A stretch of DNA of 64,000 nucleotides from Catajapyx aquilonaris (Eukaryota). The position numbers were made by a program, and so were the translations under genes. Position 1 is the first letter of the stretch; each line of letters starts with the position of its first letter. The notes beneath the pieces were generated by a model. The model did no database searches, had not been told where the DNA came from, and saw nothing but the letters and a program-made list of their open reading frames with translations. The stretch spans positions 1-64,000 of the forward strand of contig KZ538049.1 of NCBI GenBank assembly GCA_000934665.2, in the 5' to 3' direction. This document shows, piece after piece, positions 25,601 through 37,400 of the stretch.

Positions 25601-28600
25601 ATGTGTCAGCAGGATGAAATCAGGAATGAAACACACAGTGTCATTGTGGCACTCCACAAACAAGGATACTATAGTTGTAAAATAGTGCCAAAACTCAAAA
25701 TTAACCAGTATACTGTAGGAACAACAATTCAGCGTTTCAATCAGACTGACTCAAATTCAAGCCACACTCACTCTCAAGACCACGAGTCACTTCAGATAGG
25801 GACGACAAGTTCATCTGCGTCCTAACTCCTAAGTTCCATAGGACCTGCACTGCCTCTTGAATTCGCAAAGGCATGAATGCTACAAGAGCTAACCCAATCT
25901 CAGTGTCAACTGTCAAGCGTTACCTGCTCAATCAGATAAATCATTGCTCAGAAAGCAGAACCAACAGAAATGGTTACTGCGGACTCGAAAACATCAAAAC
26001 TGGGGTATGCAACAATGGTCCAAGGCGCTTTTCATGGAGGAGTCCAAGTTCAAAATTTTTGGCTGGAAGAAATGGATATACACTGTACGTTCCGCAGTTC
26101 ACAGGCAAGCGAATGATGAGCCAATGCATAATGCCAACTGTAAAGCATGGTGTTCGTTCAGTCATGGTACGGAGGACTTTTACAGGCAACTGGGTGGGTG
26201 ACCTTGCGCAAATTAAGGGAATGTCATACAAATCATGTTACCACCGCATTTTGCAAAAAAACATGCTACTCCCTCCGGCAAGAGACTGGTTGTTTGTGGC
26301 TTCATCCTACTACAGGATAACGACCCAAAACATGCCTAGCAGTTGTGCAGGAGATTATGTAGCAAATAAGAAGCAACATGAACTGGAAATTAAGGACTGT
26401 CCTGCCCAATCACCGGACTTTAACAATATAGAACTTATGTGGGATGAACTTTCAGGAATGTAAGGAGAATGAGACCAACGAACATGAATCAACTTTGGGA
26501 GTCCCTAACGGAATGCTGGAATAAAATACCAGCAGACCTTGCCAAACCTCGTCTCCAGAATGTCTAGAACATGCAAAGCTCCAATTAAAGCCAAAGACGG
26601 CTACTTTGAAGAATCACAAATCTGATCCTAGTGAAAGAGTTTTCGTGTTGCCTTTCTTTGTGTTTCTTAAAACACAATAAATTTTTCTTTTCTGCTCCTG
26701 ATCTCTACATTAGAGCTTTAATGACCAAAAATCATATTACTCGAGGTGATGCGAAACTTTTGAGCAGTAGTGCAGCTGAGGCTGTGGGTGCTGCAGATGG
26801 CACTGCTGAATCACTGGAGCATTGTATGGAGCCTTTGTTGCCTTAAACCACAAAATATAACAAACACCACAAACATCAAATAAATCTTATTAATATGGAT
26901 ACTTACAGGAATGACCATTGTTGAACGTAATGCAGGTTGAACACCAGGGTATGTATAGCTATAGGAGGGAAAGAAGGGCTGCATGGGGCTGTAAGCTGCA
27001 TATCCCAGTGGGTACCCGGCTGCTGCGGCGGCAGCAGCGGCTGCTGCAGCTGCCACAGGGTAGCCTTGCGGATACATGGAAGCCGCAGTGGTTGGGGCGA
27101 ACACCTGTAAAAATAATATGTCAAAAAAATTATAGTACCAAATTTTAGATTGTCATACCTGCTGCCCTACCACGGGATGCGTTAGAGACTGGTCATAACT
27201 AGGTGGTGGTCCCTGAGGAGCAGCAGCTGCAGCAGCATACAGAGATGGCTGTGCAGCAAAGGTGCCATAAGGAGTGAGGCCAGGCACTGCTGGAAAAAAA
27301 AATCCGTAAGAAGAACGATCCAGATCTGCTTTTTGAATGAGTTAATGCAATTCAATTAAAGCTTCAGTCCTTGCAAGCAAGAAGAAGTTGCTCTACTAAA
27401 TAAGCTACAGAGCTATTCATTGTATGATCATAATAATATGACAGCATGAATGATGTCACTAACCTCCATATGTTGCAGGGTGTGTTGTGGGCACGTATCC
27501 AGCGGCAGTGGCTGGAACGCCCGCTGGGTAAGCTGAAACGACGAACATACGAGGTACTCGAGATAACTGAGCAAGGCAATATGCAAGAGGGAAAACCTAC
27601 CCTAAAGGGTCACCCTTCTCTAACCTTGTGATCTGGATTGCTCAGTACTTACAGTTGTGTTCCATTTCAAAAATTCAAAAGCTTATGTAAGTACAGCACT
27701 GTTCATTCCTACCATACACATATTTGACAATAGTAAGGCTATTTTTGGATGCCTCCGGCTATTTGGAATCATTACGCTGTAGAGAAAGATAAATTGCAAT
27801 ATGCTCACATTCTTGTCTTATGCATTAAGTATTCCCTATTGCACTTGTGATCAGTAATTTGACAGTAAATCTTGACAGAATTTAGCAAACGAGAGATCAT
27901 CGATGTCCAGGGATAATGACTCATTCCATTTGGCCAAAAATTTAGTGAATGTAAGCATCCAAAAGGAAGTTTTTGTGTCACATCACCAAAAAACAACATT
28001 GAGAATATAAAACCTATCAGGGCCTGGTTATTAAATCCAGAACAATTAGCACAAACTGAACGTAAATGTGCACATCCAGTCACAATCCTCCAATTGTGCT
28101 GCAACCCACACAAATTCCCATCTGATTTGGCACTTTTCACTAAGTAAGCATATACACCCACTACTGTGTAATTGAATTTCTCACTCTTGGTTTGTGTTCT
28201 TCCATTGCTCATGACATCTTTCTATTAGACATCAATTATCAGGTCACCCACACAAAAATATTGCTTGGTCCCTTAGTCCCACCCTAGACCCTATCCTTAC
28301 TTGCCTTCCCCACCACTACAGGTTTCTTGTCAACATGCCATGGTATTTTTGGGGCCGAAATGTTTGGGTTCCCTGAGAATGCCATTCGTAACTGCCTGTT
28401 ATTGCACAACATTAACGTTTAGGCATACTAGTAATACACAGGACATTACCCCCTCCAACAACAACTATTCTGAAGATTCTATGCTTTCTCCACATGAGAG
28501 ATTAACTTTGAGTGACCCTTTTCCTGGTTCAGTTGTGGAATCATCTAACACAGTGTGTCATGACAGCTGCAATGCATGATCAAGTATTCAAAAACACCTC

Positions 28601-31600
28601 AGCTTTCCAAGCACATGTTTCAACAGAATTTCAGAATTAGGCCACTGGGAACTGTTTCTTGCTAACAAGCTCCCTTCAGAGAGGGAAACTGATGGAAGAT
28701 GGCAGCATTAATGTAACACCTCTGCAAAGGGCAGTAATATGTTGTACTTAAGTGCATCAATACTCAAATAACTTAATGAAGCATGAGGAGGAGTGGTAGC
28801 CAACATGTTAAGAACTGCCATCGTTTTACACCTCATATCATGCATTACAGAATCATACGCAAATATTCATCTCACAACTGAACGAGGATGAAATAATGGA
28901 TTCAAAATGCTACATAGGTGGGTGCATGATAGGAGCAGCATGTCCAAACATGCACCAATTCTGTGCATTTCATATTCTGGATATAACAACCACGTAGGAA
29001 ATAGTCAATATATATACTTTTTAATTATTATTTTTGGTACCCTCGAGCCCATACTATATTTGGGGGAGATGGACAGTACATTTATAATAAGACTGAGAGT
29101 CCGAAATAAATAAGTGCTAATTATTCCACAATTCTTCAAAGCAGTGGCTGTCATATGCAAATGTACTGTACAAGAACCAGTGTATTCTTACAGAAGTCTT
29201 TGAATGTTTGAAACCACCTTCCTGGCACAAGGCGCAAGAACCTGGACACTACTATTCATTGCCGGCAATGATCTAGCTAAAACACATCTCCTAATACATC
29301 ACTGCTGAGCCATGGCAGGTTTTTAACTTTTCATTACCGAGGCTAACTTAGAGGTATTGTACTGAAATTATTTAGCAAGACATAATAGAAATATTATTGC
29401 AAGTTTTTTTTTTTCATTTAATTATTTGTCTAACTGGCAAAATTTGATCAAAAATATGTACACATACTGTTCTGGGAAGCAATTCCTACTCACTTCAATC
29501 ATGGCAAGCCACTACACTACTTTTTGGTTGGACCACTTCCATGCCCATTGCACATATTGTATTCTGCCTGACACTAATCATGCGTAGCATGCAAATCAAG
29601 AGGTGTGGAATTCGTGCGATTAAAATAGACAACCAATCAAGCAACATACCGTTGCACTTCATTGTACCCAGACAAGAAACGACTAAAATGCTACAAAACC
29701 CACATTTGACAAGCATGCAAATATTGGCATATTGTGTTCTCCTTCAAACTTCAAAACAGTCACACGACTAGGCTAATCATGCAGGTCCATTATTTCAGAG
29801 GTACTAAACATCAACATTTAAACTCTTTTTCCCAGAAGATTTGGGACTCAGAACAGATCACAGAGGCTGCAAGCAATTTAGTACCTCCGATGTCAGGTGA
29901 TACACAACACTCTGTTCTTACTGTACCATGAACTTGCAATTGAAGGATATGCCTCCACCCTTTTATTCCTGTAAGTTCTGAATCATTACTGTAGGCAGAT
30001 GGCCTCAAGCCACAATCACCAAGGTATGAGAGATTACAGGATGTTAAGAGTGCGAGACATTGCCTTTTGAGCCAGAGAGAGCGAAACAATCGCAGCATCA
30101 TATATCTTGCCAAGACCAAAAATCTCTCAAGTGCATAGCTGGCTTCCCAGAGAACTCTTCCCACAAGTGCGCACACTCTCAATTAAAGAACCGTTTCGAG
30201 TTCCACATCCATTGCCAGATCACCAAGCCAGATAATCAATGCTACACGAGTTGTGTCTTGGTCGGTGCACCGATAAAACCAAAGCACAGCCCACAACAGT
30301 CAATGTTAAAAAATAAAGATTTGAAAATGTTTAAACTGGAGCCAGAATTCTCGCGTGTTCTGCCTTGCCATTTCCAAGTTGATTTTTCCCACGACTTGCC
30401 AATCATGGTCACGGGAGAATTCTCGTCTCCTTCTTACAACTATCATGAAACATTAGTTGGTGCAAAACTAACGACAAATATCCAAAGCCTCGAGTGGAGA
30501 AAAGAATGTGCAGAGTCTCGATCCACGCGTCTCGCGTAGCTTCTAGTGCTGGGACTTGTGACTGCCATTCTCTTCTCCTACCCATGCAAAGTGTAAGATC
30601 TTTTTAAAATGTTAAAAAACACAGTGGATGGGCTCCCAGAATGCTTTCGGCTACTCTAAATACTAGTTATGAGGCAAGCATACACATGAAGAAGAAGGTT
30701 GAAAATATGATCAACTGTCTAGAACAGCCAACAACTCCTTCCAAGAAAGATCCACAACAGGAAAGCTGAAACAAACGTAGGTTGTGTTTACCCTGGGCAA
30801 AGAGAGAAAAACACACACAAGTTCAGCCAGGTCTCTTTTGAAAGGCATTAACGTTGTGCTTCCTACTGCACAGCCTTTGAGGCACATGAGACATCTCTGA
30901 AACAAAAGAAACAGCATGGCAGCACAAAACTTGATGGCACCGTAGTACACTTTGTACACGTGACGTGTAAGTATTCTAGCCATACCAAGTGTCACGGTGC
31001 AGACGCGCGACGGTCGCAGCCGAGCAATAAACCTGTGGGCTTAAGGCACGACACTGCGGAGACGAGGGACTTGTCCAACTGGCATGGGTCCGTTCGGTCT
31101 ATATACTACGACCGTCTCTGCCTGCCTGCAGCATCTCTGGAGAGGCTGGTGCCAGTTCTTCCATCAAGCGACACGGCAAGCTAAAGATGCACGCTCCATG
31201 ATTGCCGTCTCTTTGCACTGCATTGCACTGCATTGCCACGGACGACGCAAGCCTTTCCAGTTGCTTCCCATTGCGTGCAAAAAATTTAGGGTCCTGGCAG
31301 GTTCTGGCAAAACGGGAGTAAAACTTTCGCACGAGCATGCTATCTAGCCATGTTTCTGGGAACCCACACAAACTTTCCGCAATGACATGAAACCATTTGT
31401 TCTCACCCCTCTTGCCACCCAAAGGATTCCAAAGTGCGGAATACATCTAAACTGCTCTCCATCCAACACTCTCGGTATTATCGCTACGAAAAATTAAGAT
31501 TAAACATTGGACAATGACACGGTGGATCCACACTGATCAAGTCCACTCGATTCCAGGCTGCATCTGTCATTAAGCACTTATTTAAGCGCCGTGCTAAATG

Positions 31601-31825
31601 CTGACCCGAACTCATCTGTCCCTACTTCACTGGACCACCACTTCGGAAATGGTCCTTTTACGCACAAAGAACCACTAACTTGTAGCAGCATGGATAATAA
31701 TTATAGCAAAAGGGATAATACGCCTATTCTTCCTAACAAACCAATGAGGGGGAAACTGCAACTACAAATAGGACGGAAAAAAATAGGGGTGTGGCCCGAG
31801 GACATTTACCTTTCTTGTCAGACAT
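19661..31825 (-). CDS. DAZAP2: DAZ-associated protein 2-like, ~175 aa; exons 31825-31810, 27289-27159, 27104-26907, 19843-19661
   Basis: PPPSYDQ motif and C-terminal AFDAGARF..PPPPPGVAPN.AQLAAMAGHNV..QKK..GGYTFW; exon phases consistent; the 16-nt first exon is less certain. Confidence 0.9.
20240..21750. mobile_element. Foldback element whose left arm is split by a Tc1-type MITE
   Basis: 20240-20277 plus 21117-21345 pair with ~21487-21750. Confidence 0.75.
20278..21116. mobile_element. Tc1-type foldback MITE (~300-bp arms, small central hairpin at 20610-20688)
   Basis: Termini CACTACCGGTCAAAAGTTT / AAACTTTTGACCAGTAGTG. Confidence 0.85.
22249..22842. mobile_element. hAT-type non-autonomous element, CpG-rich
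   Basis: TIR CAGGGATGGAA; 8-bp TSD GATGTTCC/GATGTCCC; repeated GAAGCGGTTC subterminal motifs. Confidence 0.8.
23150..23260 (+). mobile_element. Solo end of the CCGTATTACCTC-terminus family (same family as 37384-40069)
   Basis: Reverse complement of ~39945-40071. Confidence 0.65.
24410..25144. mobile_element. TTAA-flanked foldback MITE (piggyBac-like)
   Basis: TTAA flanks; ~300-bp inverted arms (24420-24730 vs 24790-25098). Confidence 0.8.
25200..26772 (+). mobile_element. Full-length but decayed, intronless Tc1 element in DAZAP2 intron 3
   Basis: TIR CACTACTGCTCAAAAGTTT; LFMEESKF, PTVKHG, QDNDPKH, PAQSPDFNNIELMWD and GYFEES motifs with frameshifts. Confidence 0.9.
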
Positions 31826-33200
31826 CAGAAGAGCTTATTCGTTTCGGACTCCTCTTTCTCGATTTGGTTGCTGATTCCTTCGGCTGGAACCACAACCAAA
31901 ACAACGGATAAGAGACCGAGGGGACACAAGAGCAACCCGACAAAATCTCTAGACAGACGACCAGGCACCTGCTCTATTGGTGCAAGCGATTGATGGCTCC
32001 TGCGCACGATGATTTTATCTCCAATATTATGTCAATTCTTTCTTTACGTTTAAAAAAATATGTTTCTTGGCCGGCCTCTATGGAAAGGATAAATCATAAT
32101 TTGCATATGATTTTATGCAAATGTGTTGTTTTAAAAAGTGCGTTTACATTTTTGGGGGTCAATGTGCGCGTTCCAACATGTTGCGAATTGCGTATTGCAG
32201 TTGCATCCATAGAGATGGTATAAATGTTGATTTTTAAAGAATATATGATATATAATATCATGTCTTCATCCATAGCATTTTATAGCAATTAGCTCAGTTT
32301 TATACAATTTAGCTTCTGCATAACTGTAACAAATAAACGCGGCTCGCAATTGGCTGTATCGAAGCTACGAGCTCCAAAACGAACCAATTGTGAGGCAAGT
32401 TGATAAGTTAGGGTTAGTACGAAGCCAAAGGCGGAAAGTCTGCCTTATCTGATTGGTGCAACTTTCATTCCGTTTCACTGCGTTTTTTTCCCCCTTTCCA
32501 GCTTGCAGTTTCAGTCCACACAGTCCTTCACGGTTCTTCATCTAACAAATGCCCGTCTGTGCCAGGTCTGTGCAATTGGTAATGTACTGTATACACCTCG
32601 AAATTCCACCCCAGTAAAACACAAGGCGTAAAATATTTGTTGATCATGGTGTTGTTGACACTGTTGACATAACGGGAATAATAACAGTTATTGTTGCAAC
32701 CATTAGCAGCTAATGAACACATCGACCATTTCATTGGTAGAAAACTTGTGTCACGTAAAACCTGTTCGCCATAAACACCACAACCAGTTAAAATTGTGGA
32801 TAAAACATACGTTCTAGTTCGAATTGAGTCCCGTCCCCTTGACGATCTTCCAACATGAGGAAATTAGGGACATATTAGCTATCATGCTATCATAAAAGTT
32901 ATTCCCAACTCATGCGCTGAAAAATGTACCGTTTTCGCTCGCAGCACCATCTGTCGCCTAGAGTTGATAAGATGTGAATGTCTACTTCATCCTAGATCTT
33001 AACAGTAGTCGTCGAGGTGGGGCTGGTGGGGGAGGGTGCGAGTCCGTTCTACTATTTTCCTTGACTCTCCCTCTCAACCTTCCAGGCCGATTGCAAGTCG
33101 TTTCCTTCACATGCGATTTTTGGTTTCCTAGTTTCCACCCAGAATGGCTGAGGTCAGTTCTGGTAGTCCTTTTATCTGAATATTTGTAGTGTAGGCCTGG
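31826..33200. promoter_or_regulatory. Probable bidirectional promoter and 5' UTR region of DAZAP2 (-) and CUL1 (+)
   Basis: Divergent gene orientation, several CCAAT/ATTGG boxes (~31975, 32348, 32385, 32452), few TEs; TSS positions not determinable. Confidence 0.45.
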
Positions 33201-33924
33201 GTCTGGGCCTAATGTTGAGGACTGGGCAAATAAGAGAGCATTCAGTTTGTGGTTGGTTTTAGTCCGCTCTAATGGCTCGTTGATGTTTTGTGCAGTGGCA
33301 GTGATTTGTAAGCATGAGAAAAGTGAGTAGAAAGGCGTGTAAGAGAGTGTTGAGGATGGCAGGGGTTACAGTTGGAGTATGCTGCGTGGCGTACGTCACC
33401 ATTAAAATGAAATTGCAGAGTGGTTTTAGGATTGTTTGGCTGCCAAGTGTACAGGTTGCTTGAGTTATAGGAAATTTTGCTTGAAGCTGTTAGTGTGTAG
33501 CTTGTTGTGCCACGATCTAGGTGCCCTATTAGCCAGAGTAGAAGACCTCCATGCGTAGGTGTCTGCAATGCACAACAAGCACCTCAATCTGCAGCAGCTG
33601 GTGTCCAATCAAGCTAAAATAGTATATTGGAGCCTGATACTTGACCAAGATGTATGTTGCTCTTTTTCCCTAAATGTGGCAGAGGAAAGCTAACATGAAA
33701 ATGATATACAACCCTTGTCTTTGGATCTTCATGCCATTACCAAGACTTGAAATTCATTGCAATTTGAGGACAGAAGGGGTTTCCCACATAGCCTAGTAAT
33801 TGCCTCTAATATATTTGATGGCTCCTAAAAGTAACTTATAAAGGGACTGCTTGAAAATAAGTGACTTAGTGAAAGAAATAATTGTTTACCAACATGGGCA
33901 CATAATTTATAATGGGCTGTGTAT

Positions 33925-34190
33925 CACATGCTGTCACGCTTCCACTTTGGAGGGCCCCGAGTTTGATCCCCAGGTTGGACAGTGGATTTTCTCATTTGGA
34001 AAGGGTTTTGAGAGGTTCTGTTCGAGTTCATGTAGCTTTTCTTGCCGTTCTCCCCTTTCTCGTGACAGTCCAAGAACCTCTCTTTCCTTCTCACACCATC
34101 ATATGCCCTATGACCATAGTTGACTTGGCTCTGCCATTAAACCAAACCCAACATACTGTCAGACCGAATGCAACAACTACAAAATAAAAT
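33925..34190 (+). mobile_element. Degenerate tRNA-derived SINE
   Basis: B-box-like GAGTTTGATCCC; body loosely resembles 56258-56430; A-rich tail. Confidence 0.45.
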
Positions 34191-34423
34191 TTACCATACC
34201 CAGTTCTTCCATCTGTCTTGTGTATGCTAATGTAGAATATGGTATCATAATGCTAAACTGCATTGAATTCATTAAGGATTCACTAAGAACTGGTGTAAAA
34301 ATACTGTGGTACTGCACAATTAGGTTATTTATGCCTGCATCACATAACTAGCACTCATTTTCTACATCTGCAAATCAGTGCCATAGAAGTGATCATGTGT
34401 CATTTCAGCGGTGGAGTTACGAC

Positions 34424-37400
34424 ATGGCCAACCAAAAGGGACAGAACTCGCACGGCTTGAAGCAGATCGACTTGGACCAAATTTGGGGGGATTTGAAGGA
34501 GGGGATTGAGCAGGTGTATCAGAGGCAGTTCATGTCCAAGCCTCGGTACATGCAGTTGTACACGTATCCTTTGGTGCACACTGTGTGATTGCATTGTTCT
34601 TGGAGAATGTGTGTGCTTCCTTGACTTGAAAACAGACATGTATATAACTATTGTACAAGTGTTCACCAGCAGGGAACAAGATCGGCTGCCACCAAGGGCA
34701 AGAAAGGGCAGCAGTCTGGAGGAGCTCAGTTTGTTGGGCTTGAGTTGTACAAGCGCCTGAAAGACTTCCTGAGGAACTACCTCATAGACCTCTTGAAGGT
34801 TCATCCATTGAAAACTTAGGCTGTTCTTTGATGGTGACAGTGCTTTACCTTTCTTTTTAATTTTAGGATGGGGTTGATCTCATGGATGAGGAGGTATTGA
34901 AGTTTTACACTGGACAATGGGAGGAGTACAGGTTCAGCTCCAAGGTGTTGAATGGAGTATGCGCTTATTTGAACAGGTGAGCAATGTGCCCTTCTTGCCT
35001 CTGGGACAGTATGTAAATGTGTCTTCTCATTTCAGGCATTGGGTTCGCCGAGAATGCGATGAAGGAAGAAAGGGTATCTACGAGATTTACCAGTTAGCTC
35101 TGGTAACATGGAGGGACCACCTCTTTAAGCAGCTCAATGCTAAGGTAAGCAAATTATACACAGAGAACTTGGCTCTTGGCTTTTGGGCTCTGTTGCGTTG
35201 TTAATGCGTACAGCGCCGTCAAAGTTTCGTGATGTCACATCCGTTCTGCCAGCTTCAAAGAAGCAAAAGTCAGTTCAAGGGCCTCCGGTCCCTTCCCTTG
35301 GTCCCCTAACTGCCTAACACATCGTCCATGTGCAATAGGTGATCAAATCCTGTCAGAGTAAGAATCCAGGTGCAACACCCATGCACTTTGTCTTTTTTTG
35401 CCTCATATTCTACCATCCGGCCCTCTACACTTCAAGGGCGCCGTACGCATTAACTGCGCAACGGAGCCAAAAACTTATTGCACATCCCTATACATTAGTT
35501 TTTCGAGTACTATCAGTCTACCTGGCGACTGTCCGCGAGTTTCCCTTCACCCTATACAGGGTGTGTCAGAGTCACGGGTCAAGCGCGAATGAGGGGGTGG
35601 GGAAAAATCATAGGTGGCGATAACCCGGTCAGTTTTATAAAACAATTAGAAATAAGGGAGTAATCGATTTTTGATTACGGTGTGACTTCACGTCCTTTCC
35701 GTTCGAATTGAGAGGCGCGGAAAGGCGAGTACGGTGCGTACAGCGGCTCTCTAGCCTTGCCGGTCGCACTGAACAAGGCGCTCTCATGCTCTCCCGCCTT
35801 TCCACGCAAAGCACGAGGCAGGGCTTGGACCTCTGCAACCCCTCTTCTCGACCTGCCCATGCAACGGTGCACCGAGAAATGGCGGAGGATGTCGAGCACC
35901 GATGTCTCTGTACACACAGGAATGACAGCATGCATACCGCATAGACGTCATCCTCATCGAAAAATCGCGAAAAATGTTTCTTGCGGTGGACAGGCTGCTG
36001 CATGAGGCCGGTACCGGCCGGTACATTGGGAGGCAGGCACGTACAGTAGTACAGTGTGTTGTACACCTGTACTGTAGTACAGGACTGCAGTGGCTGGATA
36101 ATGCCTGTGTACAGTAGTGTACTGTACTGTAACAGTGCTATATTGCACATCATGACAGGTGCATAGTCCTCGTACCGCACGTATCATGGCAATGGAAGAA
36201 GACGCTCTGGACATGGTAGCCATGGACCCATCGATCAGCACCCGTGAAGTTGGTATGCATACTGTCCGCATACCGTGACTACAGCAAATGCTGGAACTGG
36301 CGCCCATTCGCTCGGATGCTGTCATGGATGATCCTTCACACAGTGGAATGGATGCTGTGCACTCTACGACCGACTTCACGGGTGCTGATCGATGGGTCCA
36401 TGGCTACCATGTCCAGAACGTCTTCCTCCATTGCCGTGGTACGTGCGGTCTGACGACGATGCACCTGTCATGATGTGTAATATCGTACTGTTACAGTACC
36501 GTACACTAGTGTACACAGGCATTATCCAGCCACTGCAGTGCTGTCCTACATTACAGGTGTACAACACACTGTACTACTGTACGTACCTGACGTATCTCGC
36601 TACTGTAAACGCGGTGTTGCCACTTCCTTCCTTGCCTGAGGCAATGTAACGTCACTGGAGAGTTTTTTGTCGATAACAATTTAAATACCATGGCAAGGTG
36701 TCATTTTCTTTTCAGAATTACTCTCTATACATTATTCCTCATATTTTCATCATTTTAATTTAAAGGTCTTAGATATCTAAGATGCTTTCCAGGAAAGTTT
36801 TAATTCCCCATAAGCCTCAATGTTAATTGGAAACTTCCGAGTCACCCTGTGAGCTAATTTGCATGGGAAGGGGTAGTTTTTTTGGTGCCATTGGGAAGAA
36901 GACCTCTTAAACCATGACGTGTGTAACTTTCAGAGTTGTTAGATAGTGACCTGTAGGTTCATATCCACCTTAAAGGGAGAGGATGGTTCCCAAGGGAGGG
37001 CGCTGCTGAATAGTTTTGGAAGTTGCATATGTTACTGGAATGTGGGGAACAAGGTCAGGTCTATGCAGCCCTAGACACTCCTTGAATATGGCAGTGTAAT
37101 AACTGTGTCACATTGGTCGCTAAGACGCCATCTTGTGCAAGGTGCAACTCCGGTGGTAGGTACCGGGCAGTCTACCGGGATTGGCTGGATCTTCCTTTCC
37201 TTCCGCAGACTTACCACTAGAGTGCACCTTGAAAAATATGGCGGATAGGAAACAATGTAGCGCCGCCAGCACCAAATTCCCAGCCTGGTGGCTACACAGA
37301 AATTAAACCACAGTATCCATACAACTAGGGGGGATGTGACATGGAGCTGAACGAGGTATAAAATATCATAAGAGAGACTTGTACCGTATTACCTCACTAA

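Noticed and set aside
29811..30539. 123-159 aa ORFs in DAZAP2 intron 1
   Set aside because: No recognisable motif, no supporting splice structure, and the longer ORF starts at TTG
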